Assembly (NCBI GenBank): GCA_963662795.1
Contig: OY759746.1
Span: forward strand, 800,001 to 864,000
Source: Spirochaetia bacterium
GTDB lineage: Bacteria > Spirochaetota > Spirochaetia > CADAEX01
Direction: 5' to 3'
DNA: 64,000 nt
Both the position numbers and the translations under genes were made by a program. Positions 47,595-58,725 of this stretch are shown here, piece by piece. Positions within the stretch are counted from its first letter, which is position 1, and each line of letters opens with the position of its first letter. The notes beneath the pieces are model-generated. The model was given only the letters and a program-made list of their open reading frames with translations, had not been told where the DNA came from and did no database searches.

Positions 47595-48851
47595 ATGGAA
47601 ATGAAAGGAAAATATCTGCTTATAATTTTAACTGTTCTGGCTCTTGCTTCATGCGCGACAACAGAAAGTAATATCAGGGTAAAAGTAGCGAGCAGGTCGG
47701 AAACTCTGCTTATTTTGAAAAATCAAACCGGGAAAACACCTGTCTGGTCGTCTTACCCTGTTTTTGACTTTAATGGAAATGAGGTACGAAACAGAATGTT
47801 ATCACTCATTGAAAATGCTCAGGATTATATTCTTATCAATTCATATCTCCTGATGTATGACGATTACGGCAGCGTCATTCTCGACGCAATTCTTGAAAAA
47901 CACAAGGCAGGAGTTAAGATTTATATTATAGCAGATTCATCAAATTATTTTGTTCCGGGTGAATCAGGGTTTTCTTTCCTAAGTAAAAACCTTATCCCGT
48001 TTGCAGAATATAATCCTATAAGGCTGCATACATTATTCAGCGGACAGTCGGTAATATACAGGGATCACAGAAAATTCTGGGTCATAGACGGAAAATATAT
48101 TTACATCGGAGGCTGCAATATAATTAGCAGTTCCCTTAAACCGGCAGATGAGGGGGGTAATATTGACGGGATGGTGCTTTTTGAATCACAGGAAACCGCT
48201 GAGCTGCTGATTGATGCATTTACGGGAACCTGGAACAATTTCTCGGAATTGAAACTTGATTCAAAAATGTTCAGGGTCCCCGAACAAAAAAAATTTGACA
48301 CAAAAGTGCTTTTAATAAATCAGGAAATCAACAGTAACAGCCAGAGAATTACAGATATGCTCTCAGGACTTTTTTCTGCGGCGAGGAAAGAGGTGTGGAT
48401 AATTCAGCCTTATACCTTTGTCAATTCAGATATAATAAAATCAATCAAAAAAATGGTAAAAAAAGGAGTAAACGTAAATATTATACTGTCGGAATATTCA
48501 ACAAGCAGTAAATACTATTACGCGTCCTTCTACGGAATAAAAGATCTCATTAAGGCAGGTGCAGATGTGTGGATTTATTCGCCGCCGCTTCTTTCTTCGC
48601 CCCTGCATATTAAAGCTTTTTTTATCGATAATAATTGGGTTTCAATAGGCTCTGCAAACTTTAATCAAAGGTCTTTCAGCTATTCTGACGAGGCCAATAT
48701 AATTTTTTATGATCCTTCTTCTTTCAATGAAATTGCAAAAAGTCTTTATAAAATAAAAAAAACATGCTGGAAAATTGATCTGAATGAAGCTAAAAGGTAC
48801 AGAACCCATCAATACAGGAACTGGAACAGGCTTATGCAGATAGCTGGATAA
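47595..48851 (+). CDS. Phospholipase D / cardiolipin synthase-like lipoprotein
   Basis: Lipobox LASC; two HKD motifs HRKFWVID and HIKAFFID...GSANFN. Confidence 0.85.
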   Translation: MEMKGKYLLIILTVLALASCATTESNIRVKVASRSETLLILKNQTGKTPVWSSYPVFDFNGNEVRNRMLSLIENAQDYILINSYLLMYDDYGSVILDAILEKHKAGVKIYIIADSSNYFVPGESGFSFLSKNLIPFAEYNPIRLHTLFSGQSVIYRDHRKFWVIDGKYIYIGGCNIISSSLKPADEGGNIDGMVLFESQETAELLIDAFTGTWNNFSELKLDSKMFRVPEQKKFDTKVLLINQEINSNSQRITDMLSGLFSAARKEVWIIQPYTFVNSDIIKSIKKMVKKGVNVNIILSEYSTSSKYYYASFYGIKDLIKAGADVWIYSPPLLSSPLHIKAFFIDNNWVSIGSANFNQRSFSYSDEANIIFYDPSSFNEIAKSLYKIKKTCWKIDLNEAKRYRTHQYRNWNRLMQIAG

Positions 48852-48957
48852 AGAATACAGAGCAGGATATCGGCTGAAAAACCATAGCACACGGATTTTC
48901 CGGATAAAAAGAAAAGCGTTGATTAAACATTTTTCTTCAATTATCATTTATTCAGCT

Positions 48958-49893
48958 ATGAAAAATTACGCAGCTGGAATTGATATCGGCGGGACAAACA
49001 CGAAAATAGGCATAGTTTCGGATGATGGTAAGGTATCAGAGAAAACAATACTTCAAACCAGGGATTACAGTACCCCGTCAATTTTTAAAAAAATGGTCCG
49101 TTCAGAATTGACGGCAATGATTAAATCTATGGGTATTAATATATGCGGAATCGGGATCGGCGCACCCAATGCAAATATATACTCAGGCTGTATCGAATTT
49201 GCGCCCAACCTGCCGTGGAAAGGGATGATAGACCTGAAAGAGAGCCTTAATGATCTTGCTCCGGTTAAGGTAACAAATGATGCCAACGCTGCCGCTCTGG
49301 GAGAAAAGCTGTTTGGAGCCGCGTCCGGTTTCAGCGACTTCATTGCCGTTACTCTTGGGACCGGTGTTGGCGGGGGGATATTCAGCGATTCAAAACTGCT
49401 TTACGGCAAGTTCGGTTTTGCCGGTGAAATAGGGCATATCACTGCAGTACCCGGCGGCAGACAGTGCAACTGCGGAAGAAAGGGGTGTGTTGAAAAATAC
49501 TGTTCGGCGGGGGGGATTGTCTGCACAGCATTAGAGCTGCTTTGTGGGGACAGAAGCAAATCAAAGCTGGATAAATATGATAAAAATACACTTACAACCA
49601 GAATAATATATGAAGCAGCTCTGGAAGGGGATAAAACCGCACTTGAAACCTTTGATATTACAGCCCGCTATCTTGCTTCTTTTTTTAACGATCTTGTAAA
49701 TATTTTTTCCTCCGAAGCAATAATTCTCTCGGGGGGAGTTGCACAGAGCGGCGAAATTCTTTTAAAACCGCTTGAGAAATATTTCAGGCAGGAGCTGATT
49801 GAGTTTTACAGGGACAAGGATATTAAACTTCTGCGCTCTGCCCTTCCACAGCAGGATTCTGCAATTATAGGGGCGGCATCTCTTGTTTTTTAA
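48958..49893 (+). CDS. ROK family glucokinase
   Basis: GIDIGGT, NDANAAALGE, GTGVGGG, GEIGH...CNCG..GC. Confidence 0.9.
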   Translation: MKNYAAGIDIGGTNTKIGIVSDDGKVSEKTILQTRDYSTPSIFKKMVRSELTAMIKSMGINICGIGIGAPNANIYSGCIEFAPNLPWKGMIDLKESLNDLAPVKVTNDANAAALGEKLFGAASGFSDFIAVTLGTGVGGGIFSDSKLLYGKFGFAGEIGHITAVPGGRQCNCGRKGCVEKYCSAGGIVCTALELLCGDRSKSKLDKYDKNTLTTRIIYEAALEGDKTALETFDITARYLASFFNDLVNIFSSEAIILSGGVAQSGEILLKPLEKYFRQELIEFYRDKDIKLLRSALPQQDSAIIGAASLVF

Positions 49894-50043
49894 AAAAAAT
49901 CTGCACTAAAGGGACAATTTTAATACAGTCAGAAAGTTCATTATAGATGTTTATGCTGGTTTCATGCATGCAGACATCTGTTTTTTTTACTGTAAAAAAT
50001 GTATTCTTGATTATATATTGAAATAGCGGAGTTAAATAAAAAT

Positions 50044-51108
50044 ATGTTCGACAAAATTGATGAAATTCTGGAAAAATATAAAGAAATTGAAAACAAACTC
50101 TCTGACCCGGATATAGTAAAGGATCAGAAAAAATACAGGGAAATTATGCAGGAGCATTCCCATCTTAAAGAGATAGCTGAAGCTAGCGGGAAATACAAGA
50201 AAATAGTACAGCAGATCGGAGAGGCAAAAAAAATTGCCGCGGAAGAGAAAAATCCTGAATTGAAAGAGATGGCGAAAGAGGAAGCAAGAGAACTTGAAAT
50301 TGAAAAAGAAGAGTATCTGGTCTATCTTAAGCAGCTTCTAATCCCGAAAGATCCCATGGATCAGAAAAACATTATTATGGAGATAAGGGCCGGTACAGGA
50401 GGAGATGAGGCCGCACTTTTTGCCGCAGACCTTTACAGAATGTATTCCAAGTTTGCTGAAGCCAGAAAATGGAAAATAGAGGTCCTGTCAGTTCATGAAA
50501 TTGGTCTTGGAGGATTCAAAGAGATAATTTTCTCAATTTCAGGCAAAAATGTTTATGAAAACATGAGATATGAAAGCGGGGTACACAGAGTACAAAGAGT
50601 ACCTGAAACTGAATCCGGCGGAAGGGTACATACGTCTGCCGTTACAGTTGCGGTTCTGCCTGAAGCGGAAGAAACAGACATAGATATCAGCCCTGAAGAA
50701 CTCAAGATAGATGTTTACAGATCATCCGGTCCCGGAGGACAGAGCGTCAACACGACAGACTCGGCCGTAAGAATTACACACCTTCCGACCGGGCTTGTTG
50801 TGACATGCCAGGATGAAAAATCGCAGATCAAAAACAAGGCAAAAGCACTGAGGGTACTCCGTGCAAGATTATACGAACTGGAAGAAGAAAAAAAACAGAA
50901 GGAGCGGTCTGAAGCACGTAAAACCCAGGTAGGGACTGGCGACAGATCCGAAAGGATAAGAACCTATAACTTCCCCCAGAACAGGCTTACTGACCACAGG
51001 ATTAATCTTACCCTCTACAAGCTTGAAATAATTATGGAAGGTGATCTTACAGAGACTCTCGAAGCGCTGAAATTCAACGCACGTGAAAAAGTACTTCAGA
51101 AAAGCTAA
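50044..51108 (+). CDS. prfA: Peptide chain release factor 1
   Basis: GGQ, VPET, followed by prmC. Confidence 0.97.
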   Translation: MFDKIDEILEKYKEIENKLSDPDIVKDQKKYREIMQEHSHLKEIAEASGKYKKIVQQIGEAKKIAAEEKNPELKEMAKEEARELEIEKEEYLVYLKQLLIPKDPMDQKNIIMEIRAGTGGDEAALFAADLYRMYSKFAEARKWKIEVLSVHEIGLGGFKEIIFSISGKNVYENMRYESGVHRVQRVPETESGGRVHTSAVTVAVLPEAEETDIDISPEELKIDVYRSSGPGGQSVNTTDSAVRITHLPTGLVVTCQDEKSQIKNKAKALRVLRARLYELEEEKKQKERSEARKTQVGTGDRSERIRTYNFPQNRLTDHRINLTLYKLEIIMEGDLTETLEALKFNAREKVLQKS

Positions 51109-51129
51109 AAAAGGATTCAGCAGGGTTAT

Positions 51130-51984
51130 ATGACAGTTAAGGAAATACTTGCTCAGACATCAGAAAAGATATCTCACAGATGGCCCTCTACCCCGTTTCT
51201 TGACGCTTCACTCCTTCTGCAGGAATCTTCAGGCATGACAAGAGAGAAGCTTCTTGCATCATATAATCTTGAAATAGCGGAAGATGTCCTGGAAAAGTTT
51301 AATTTGATGGCAGAAAAAAGACTTGCCGGTTATCCTGTAGCCTATATAACCGGTAAAAAAGAATTTTTCAGCAATACATACATTGTTGACAGAAGTGTAC
51401 TTATCCCGCGGCCGGATACAGAGATACTGACGGAAAAAGTTCTGGAAGCAGCAGCTGAGATGATAAAAAAATCAACTGCCCCGGTGAAGATACTTGATCT
51501 CTGTACCGGCAGCGGATGTATCGCCATAACGCTTAAAAAGGAGCTTGGAAGCGGGGCTGAAATTGAAGCATCCGATATTTCTGAAAATGCTGAAAAAACT
51601 TTTAAAAAAAACTGTCAGGCAATACTTGGATACCAGATACCGTTTCACAGATGCAGCCTGTTTGAAGGAATAAAAGGAAAGTATAATTTCATTGTTTCCA
51701 ATCCGCCATACCTTGAAGATGCTCATGTGGAAGAAATGATATCAAAAAACTGGCCCGAGCCGGAATCGGCACTTAGAGGCGGCCCGGACGGGCTTGATCT
51801 GATAAGAGAAATTACTCAAAAGGCTTACCGCTTTATTGAAAACAGGGGAGCGCTGTTTCTCGAAGCAGACCCTGCTCAAATGGCTGAAGTGAAAATGATG
51901 CTTTCAAAGAACAGATTCAGTAATATTGTAATATCAAGGGATTTATCCGGAAAAGAGAGGGTTATAGGCGCATGGCAGAAATAA
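51130..51984 (+). CDS. prmC: Release factor glutamine methyltransferase
   Basis: LIPRPDTE, DLCTGSGCI, SNPPY. Confidence 0.95.
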   Translation: MTVKEILAQTSEKISHRWPSTPFLDASLLLQESSGMTREKLLASYNLEIAEDVLEKFNLMAEKRLAGYPVAYITGKKEFFSNTYIVDRSVLIPRPDTEILTEKVLEAAAEMIKKSTAPVKILDLCTGSGCIAITLKKELGSGAEIEASDISENAEKTFKKNCQAILGYQIPFHRCSLFEGIKGKYNFIVSNPPYLEDAHVEEMISKNWPEPESALRGGPDGLDLIREITQKAYRFIENRGALFLEADPAQMAEVKMMLSKNRFSNIVISRDLSGKERVIGAWQK

Positions 51985-54014
51985 TCTCTCTCGAAAATGA
52001 TATTCAGGCACTGAAGAAAAAACTCACCGCCAATAAATACTCAAGTGAGGACATCCAGGCCATTATGGAAGCGGTCCGCTTCGGCGAGAAGATTCACGGA
52101 GAACAGAAAAGGGCAAGCGGTGAACCTTTCTTTATACATCCCCTTACAGTCGCGGAAATACTCATAGACCTTAATCTTGACAGAAATGCGATTATTGCAT
52201 CACTTCTGCACGATACAGTTGAAGATACAGAGATAGAAAGTCCGCTTATAGAATCCAGATTCGGTTCTGAAGTCTCTCAGCTTGTTGAAGGTGTAACAAA
52301 GATAAGCATAGTAAAGGCAAAAAACAAATCAGTTCAGGAAATAGAAACTCTCAGAAAAATGCTTCTTGCCATGGTCAAGGATATAAGGGTAATTCTTATA
52401 AAACTGGCAGACAAACTGCACAACATGAGAACACTTTCCTATCTTTCAGAAGAAAAACAGCAGGCAATTGCAGAGGAATGTCTTGAAATTTATGCCCCGC
52501 TTGCAGGGCAGCTTGGCATTTCCTGGATCAAGGCGGAACTTGAAGATCTCGCGCTCAAATATATTAATCCTGATGTATATGAACAGATCAAGCAGTTTCT
52601 CGCGCTAAAGCGGAAGGAAAGGGCGGAATACCTCAAAAATGTAGAAGATAAGATAACCCTTGCCTGCAGGGAAGAAGGAATCAGTATAGATATATCGACA
52701 AGGGCAAAGCATTTTTATTCAATTTATAGAAAAATGACAAAAACAGGCAAGGAACTCGGGGAAATATATGATCTTCTCGGAATCAGGATTTTGTGCACCA
52801 GTGTAAATGAATGCTACACAATTCTCGGGCTTGTCCACAAACTCTGGATTCCGATAGAAAGAAGATTCAAGGATTACATCGCAGTTCCCAAATCCAACAG
52901 GTACCAGAGTCTGCACACAACAGTAATGACTGATAACGGTAAAATACTTGAGGTGCAGATACGCACCTATGAAATGCACAGGATGGCAGAATACGGTATA
53001 GCTTCCCACTGGCTTTATAAAACCGGTAAAACAACAGACAGCATAAATCCAAAGGATATTTCACTTGTAAACAAGCTGATGAACTGGAACAACCTTGAAA
53101 ACGGGAAAACAGATTTTTTAAGCGATCTTAAAAAAGAGATACTTAAGGATACAATTTATGTTTTTACTCCGGCAGGTGATGTATTTGAAATGCCTACGGG
53201 AGCAACAGCAATTGATTTCGCCTATCACATCCATACCGAGGTAGGGAACCACTGTTCTGCGGCCAAGGCAGACGGCTATATCATTACACTGCATAAGGAA
53301 CTAAAGAATACCCAGGTTGTAGAGATTATTACAAGCAATACTGCACACCCCAATCTTCAGTGGCTGAGGATGGCAAAAACAAACAGGGCAAGAACAAAAA
53401 TAAGACAGTGGCTGAACAAGAATGACGATTCACTGATAATAAAGAAAAATGTTGTAGTAAAGCAAAAAAAAGCAGAGCTTCCCGATGATGCTAAAAGCCA
53501 TAAGGAGCAGAAACCACTTACCGAGACTGAGGAAAAACCTGACAAGGAAGTAATAAAGGAGGTAATGGACAGGAACAGGATAAGCTTCAAGGTAGGCGGA
53601 GAGAAAAACATGATGATCAGCTTTGCCAAATGCTGTTCACCGGTCCCCGGAGATCCGATTATCGGGTACATTTCTGTAGGCAGAGGTATAATTGTCCATA
53701 AAAACGACTGTCAGAATGTTAAGCATATAAAAAATTTTTCGACCCGCTCAATAGATGTTGAATGGGAAGCTGTGTCTCCGAAATCCACAAGACGGTTCAA
53801 GGTAACCTCTAAGATAACTCACGATCTTTTTTCAGAAATTGAGGGGGCAATACGAAAATACCACGGGCATCTTATAGAAGGGAGACTTATCGAAGATGAC
53901 AAAGACAGGCTGAGCGGTTTTTTTACCATAGAGATTGATAAAAAAGATGACTTCGGAAAGGTAGTAAAAAGTATAAGAACAATCCCCTCAATAATAAACA
54001 TCTACGCTGTTTAG
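51972..54014 (+). CDS. rel: Bifunctional (p)ppGpp synthetase/hydrolase (long RSH)
   Basis: LLHDTVED, KLADKLHN, RAKH, YQSLHT, TGS region DFAY, CC motif, C-terminal ACT-like region. Confidence 0.95.
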   Translation: MAEIISLENDIQALKKKLTANKYSSEDIQAIMEAVRFGEKIHGEQKRASGEPFFIHPLTVAEILIDLNLDRNAIIASLLHDTVEDTEIESPLIESRFGSEVSQLVEGVTKISIVKAKNKSVQEIETLRKMLLAMVKDIRVILIKLADKLHNMRTLSYLSEEKQQAIAEECLEIYAPLAGQLGISWIKAELEDLALKYINPDVYEQIKQFLALKRKERAEYLKNVEDKITLACREEGISIDISTRAKHFYSIYRKMTKTGKELGEIYDLLGIRILCTSVNECYTILGLVHKLWIPIERRFKDYIAVPKSNRYQSLHTTVMTDNGKILEVQIRTYEMHRMAEYGIASHWLYKTGKTTDSINPKDISLVNKLMNWNNLENGKTDFLSDLKKEILKDTIYVFTPAGDVFEMPTGATAIDFAYHIHTEVGNHCSAAKADGYIITLHKELKNTQVVEIITSNTAHPNLQWLRMAKTNRARTKIRQWLNKNDDSLIIKKNVVVKQKKAELPDDAKSHKEQKPLTETEEKPDKEVIKEVMDRNRISFKVGGEKNMMISFAKCCSPVPGDPIIGYISVGRGIIVHKNDCQNVKHIKNFSTRSIDVEWEAVSPKSTRRFKVTSKITHDLFSEIEGAIRKYHGHLIEGRLIEDDKDRLSGFFTIEIDKKDDFGKVVKSIRTIPSIINIYAV

Positions 54015-54090
54015 ACGTAATATAGTGTAAATTTAATCCAATCCATGTTACTATTTAGTTCCAGAAAATACTGTCACAGGAGATCAACAG

Positions 54091-55227
54091 ATGAAATTCG
54101 ACTGCCTTGTTGTAGGCGCAGGTATTTCCGGCAGCACCGCGGCAAGGACGCTGGCAGAAGCCGGCAAAAAAGTCCTTGTAATGGAACAGCTTAAGCACAT
54201 TGCCGGACACTGCCACGATTATCTTTCGCCGGAAGGTATTACTGTTCATACCTACGGCCCTCATATCTTTCATACAAACAACCGCGAAGCATGGAAATAC
54301 CTTAGCAGATTTACGGAATTCAGGCATTTCCAGCACAGGGTTTTAAGCTATGCTGACGGACTTTTAATACCATTTCCCATAAATATGGATACAATAAACA
54401 TGGTATACGGCACATCGATTACAGCAGAAGAAGTCGCTGGATTTCTTGAGAATGAGGTAAAAAAATCAGTATATAAAGATCCTCCAGGGAATTTCCGCGA
54501 TGCGGTAGTATCCCAGGTGGGAGAGAGGCTTTATAACCTTTTCTTTAAAAACTACACAATAAAGCAGTGGGAAAGAAACCCCGAAGAACTGTCCCCGGAA
54601 GTAGCCAGACGCATTCCTGTAAGGGCAAACAGGGACAACCGCTATTTTTCCGACCAGTACCAGGGTATTCCGTCAGGCGGGTACACAAAGATGATAGAAA
54701 ATATGCTTGATCATGAAAATATCTCACTGATGACAGGTGCTGATTACTTCAGACTGGGAGATACTGTTTCAGCCCTTCTTGATGAAAAGAACAGCCTGAC
54801 AGTCTACACAGGCGAGCTTGACAGATTTTTTAATTATAAATACGGGGAACTTGAATACAGATCTCTTGATATCAAATTTAAAACTGTTGATATGGAGCAG
54901 TACCAGGATGCTGCTGTTGTAAACTATCCTAACGATTATGATTTTACAAGGATAACAGAATTCAAACACATGACAGGTGAAAAATCCGGGAAAACAGTAA
55001 TCTGTATGGAATATCCCATGGAAAAAGGGGAACCCTATTATGTTGTTTTAACAGAGACAAATATGGAAAAAAGAGAGAAGTATATAAAAGATACCGCCCT
55101 CCTTGAAAAAAGCGGTAAATTTATATTTACAGGAAGACTTGCAGAATACAAATATTACAATATGGACCAGGCGGTGACAGCCGGGCTTGAAAAAATCAGG
55201 AAATACCTAAATGACAAAGAAATCTGA
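54091..55227 (+). CDS. glf: UDP-galactopyranose mutase
   Basis: GAGISG, YGPHIFHT, YFSDQYQGIP, GRLAEYKYYNMD. Confidence 0.95.
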   Translation: MKFDCLVVGAGISGSTAARTLAEAGKKVLVMEQLKHIAGHCHDYLSPEGITVHTYGPHIFHTNNREAWKYLSRFTEFRHFQHRVLSYADGLLIPFPINMDTINMVYGTSITAEEVAGFLENEVKKSVYKDPPGNFRDAVVSQVGERLYNLFFKNYTIKQWERNPEELSPEVARRIPVRANRDNRYFSDQYQGIPSGGYTKMIENMLDHENISLMTGADYFRLGDTVSALLDEKNSLTVYTGELDRFFNYKYGELEYRSLDIKFKTVDMEQYQDAAVVNYPNDYDFTRITEFKHMTGEKSGKTVICMEYPMEKGEPYYVVLTETNMEKREKYIKDTALLEKSGKFIFTGRLAEYKYYNMDQAVTAGLEKIRKYLNDKEI

Positions 55228-56923
55228 AAAAACCGCTAAAAACAAAACTATCGGCGCAGCAGTTTTTTGCGTTTTAATCCTGCTCTTTTCCGCGTCAGCG
55301 CATTTAAGCGCCCAGACCCTTAAAAACACATCATACAGCGATCCGGTATATCTGTTCCTTGACAGGGCATACGCGAGGAAATGGATTGATTATCTTCCCG
55401 CAGTGCAGCCTTATACTGAAAAAAAGGTATACTCCCTTCTTAAGGAAGTACTTTCCAGCTATAAAACTTTTCCTGAAAGTTTCACATCCCGTGATTATGA
55501 TGAGCTTATGAGCCATATAAACCGCTTTGAAGGAGACAGGTTTTCGCTGTACCGGAATGAGGGGGAGAATTTCACAGTTGAAGCCGGCTTATCTCCATAT
55601 ACAGACTTCAATATGGCATTAAGCTCTCCTTCTGACTCAGCAACAGTGCTTGGGACAGATTTTTCCCTTGACCTTACAGCCGGGGAAAATCTTTATATGG
55701 GATTCATTACCGACCAGTATCTCATATTAGAGACAGGGGATGATTCGCCATACAGAAATTTCAGTACTCCTGACAAACCTGATTTTAATACATATACCTA
55801 TAATCTTTCGACAGGGGATGCGGGGTTCAATAACAATGCAGTAAGGTCTGAAGGCGATACAGAACTTTCAGTCAGAATGAACCAGCTGAACCAGATGACA
55901 ATCGACCTCGGGCTCTCTACGCTTTCATTCGGAAGGGATGCCCTCTCGTGGGGAGAAAGCAGGTTTTCAAACCTTGCCCTTTCAAATACTTCAAAACCCT
56001 ATGAATATTTTTCATTTGACATTCCGTTTGGAGAAAGAATCTATTTTATCTGGATGACTGGCTTTTTAAAGGACTGGAATGATTTAAAAAGCGACGTTGA
56101 CGGCAGCAAGATTATCACTGCCCACAGGTTTGAATGGCAGCTCACAGACTGGTTCATGTTTTCAATTTATGAGTCAGTGGTCTATTCCGAGCGTTTTGAG
56201 CTTGCATACCTTAATCCATTTTCACTTTACTACATCAGCGAAGTTACACAGGGCGATTACGACAACAAGCTTGGAGGATTTGACCTTGTTTTCCGCATCC
56301 CGTCAGCAATGGTATATTTTTCATTCTTCGCTGATGACTGGGACTTCGGCGAACTCTTAAAGCCTTCATACTATCATAACGAAATGGGGATAACGCTTGG
56401 GATCAGACACTATGATTTCATCCCCGGCCTGACAATGACAATTGAATATTCACACCTTAATCAGTGGATGTATACACACAAGAAAGTAAACGGAGAGACG
56501 AACAATTATGCCCATTACGGATCACACCTTGGGCACCTGCTTGAACCCAATTCCCACATTATCTTTCTTGATTTCAGATATGATTATTCAATAAAAAACA
56601 CCTGGGGACTTACTTTCTGGTTCACACAGGATAGTTACGGGAATATTTCCACAAGTCCTTCTGATGACGGTATAGGATGGGATATGGAAGGGTATTACGA
56701 TCCCTGGGATGGATATTATAACTACCTTGACTATGGAATTGACGGAATTGTAAGGGAAACAAATTACGACATTACCCTTTACACTGAATACAGGATTCCA
56801 TACTACGGAGTCAGTTTATATGCAGGATGGTCGGTTGAATACACACATAACAAGGATCGAATAAAAGGAGATAACGAATGGGCCAATTATCTTTCCCTTT
56901 CCGCAAAATGGCAGGCGTATTAA
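55211..56923 (+). CDS. Wzi-like outer-membrane beta-barrel protein
   Basis: Signal peptide, QPYT, FGRD..SWG, AHRFEW, YLNP, aromatic C-terminus (WQAY). Confidence 0.65.
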   Translation: MTKKSEKTAKNKTIGAAVFCVLILLFSASAHLSAQTLKNTSYSDPVYLFLDRAYARKWIDYLPAVQPYTEKKVYSLLKEVLSSYKTFPESFTSRDYDELMSHINRFEGDRFSLYRNEGENFTVEAGLSPYTDFNMALSSPSDSATVLGTDFSLDLTAGENLYMGFITDQYLILETGDDSPYRNFSTPDKPDFNTYTYNLSTGDAGFNNNAVRSEGDTELSVRMNQLNQMTIDLGLSTLSFGRDALSWGESRFSNLALSNTSKPYEYFSFDIPFGERIYFIWMTGFLKDWNDLKSDVDGSKIITAHRFEWQLTDWFMFSIYESVVYSERFELAYLNPFSLYYISEVTQGDYDNKLGGFDLVFRIPSAMVYFSFFADDWDFGELLKPSYYHNEMGITLGIRHYDFIPGLTMTIEYSHLNQWMYTHKKVNGETNNYAHYGSHLGHLLEPNSHIIFLDFRYDYSIKNTWGLTFWFTQDSYGNISTSPSDDGIGWDMEGYYDPWDGYYNYLDYGIDGIVRETNYDITLYTEYRIPYYGVSLYAGWSVEYTHNKDRIKGDNEWANYLSLSAKWQAY

Positions 56924-58674
56924 AAATATTTTCAATAGCTGCGGCGATCTCCTTTTGCATGCTGTTTGCAGCGCTGCCGGCTTCTGCGCAGACACAAAGT
57001 ACCGCCGGCTCCGGCGGCGGTGAAAACGGAACTGAACCGGCCGCTCAGACCCGGAACAGCGAAGCTTCCGGCAAAAACACTGAAAAAAACAAAACAAAAA
57101 ACCTGCAGCGGATAATTCCGCTCTCATCCCCCCTTTATGAAGAACTTGACAGGCTTTATCTGCTTACTGGGAAAAGCCGGCCGTCGGCCGCACGGCCATG
57201 GTCGGCTGATGAAGCGGAGAAAATATTAACGGCCCTTCCGGATGATGATTTAAACGGAACTGAAAAAACCTCATTTTCAATTGTAAGATCTGAAATTTTA
57301 TCCGGTGCTGAAGATACGGGACCCGGGCGGGCCGCCGGAAGAGTTACAAAAAGTATTAATATCGAAGGGTACTTCAAGACAGACAGCGACAGGGAAGAAT
57401 GGGAACACGGCTATGAAGAAAGGAAGCCTCTTTTATACATTCCCTTTGAGGGCTGGTTTTTTCAGAACCTTTACTCGACTTTAGACCTGTCAATAAAAGA
57501 GGAATACGCCGCAATTACAGGCAGTGATGACAACTATACAAACATTCCCTCCGCACTTACAGATCTTGACTGGTATTTCCCTTTCAGGGCTTTTATTTCA
57601 CTCGGGGGTGAACACTGGAACATTCAGGCAGGACGTGACAAGGCAAGCTGGGGTTCAGGCGTTACAGGGAATATGCTGCTTTCCGATTACTCTGATTTTT
57701 ATAATCTTATAAAATTTACAACATACTGGGACAGGTTCAAGTTTACTTCGGTTTTCATAGGACTTGACCCATGGCTTACAAACGAAGAAAAGGAAATAGA
57801 CAGCGTTGAGGCTGATGATAACGGACTTGCGGGAGGATATGAGAATTTCGGGGAACTCTACAAGGCTTTCTTCGGTCATAGAATAGAATACAGGGTAAAG
57901 GACAATCTTACCCTTGCACTGTCTGAGGCAATAATGTTCGGAAATAAATACATAAACCCGGCAGAGCTCAACCCGGTTTTCGTACTTCACAATCTCTTTA
58001 TACCTGAGTATTCAAATGCTATAGCATCCTTTGAGGCAGACTACACATTGATCAGAGGATTAAATTTCTATATGCAGTTTGTAATGGATGAATTCCAGGT
58101 TCCGGGATACGAGACTGATGATTCAAGGCCGGGGGCCAACGGTCTTCTTACCGGGCTTACATTTATAAAACCGATGGAGAAAGGCTACCTGACATTCAAA
58201 GGGGAAGCGGCAAAAACAGATCCCTACCTTTACAACAGGTGGCATCCCCTTACAAGATTCACAAACAGGAGAAGGATCTGGTCAACGTATCTTGATAAAT
58301 ACGAATATATAAATAAACCGATGGGTTACCGGGAAGGCCCTGACGCTGTAATTCTCTATGGGTCTGCCGGTTTTGACAGGCCCGGCAAATTTTCTGCTTC
58401 TCTTGACGGAAAATACAGCATGAAAGGAGAGTTAAACAGCTCTCTTGACGACCCTCTCTCCTACGATACAGGAAAAGATGCCTCAAATCTGGAGATCCTC
58501 TCAGGTACAGTTGAAAAGGAACTTGTTACAGGGATTCACGGGACTATAAAACCTGTCACTGACATTTCATTGTCAACAGATATCTATTGGGTTCATATAA
58601 GTGACATGGACAACATTTCAGGGGAAACAGTAAATGATCTTGAAATTTCTTTCTCTGTGGGGCTGGTTTTTTAA
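56908..58674 (+). CDS. Second Wzi-like outer-membrane beta-barrel protein
   Basis: Signal peptide, RPWS, AGRD..SWG.G..G.LLLS, GHRIEY, LNP, GY..GPD, C-terminal F; start uncertain. Confidence 0.65.
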   Translation: MAGVLKIFSIAAAISFCMLFAALPASAQTQSTAGSGGGENGTEPAAQTRNSEASGKNTEKNKTKNLQRIIPLSSPLYEELDRLYLLTGKSRPSAARPWSADEAEKILTALPDDDLNGTEKTSFSIVRSEILSGAEDTGPGRAAGRVTKSINIEGYFKTDSDREEWEHGYEERKPLLYIPFEGWFFQNLYSTLDLSIKEEYAAITGSDDNYTNIPSALTDLDWYFPFRAFISLGGEHWNIQAGRDKASWGSGVTGNMLLSDYSDFYNLIKFTTYWDRFKFTSVFIGLDPWLTNEEKEIDSVEADDNGLAGGYENFGELYKAFFGHRIEYRVKDNLTLALSEAIMFGNKYINPAELNPVFVLHNLFIPEYSNAIASFEADYTLIRGLNFYMQFVMDEFQVPGYETDDSRPGANGLLTGLTFIKPMEKGYLTFKGEAAKTDPYLYNRWHPLTRFTNRRRIWSTYLDKYEYINKPMGYREGPDAVILYGSAGFDRPGKFSASLDGKYSMKGELNSSLDDPLSYDTGKDASNLEILSGTVEKELVTGIHGTIKPVTDISLSTDIYWVHISDMDNISGETVNDLEISFSVGLVF

Positions 58675-58725
58675 GATAACGGTATTTCCAAGGGCTGCCG
58701 GAATAAATCAATCAGTTATACGACA

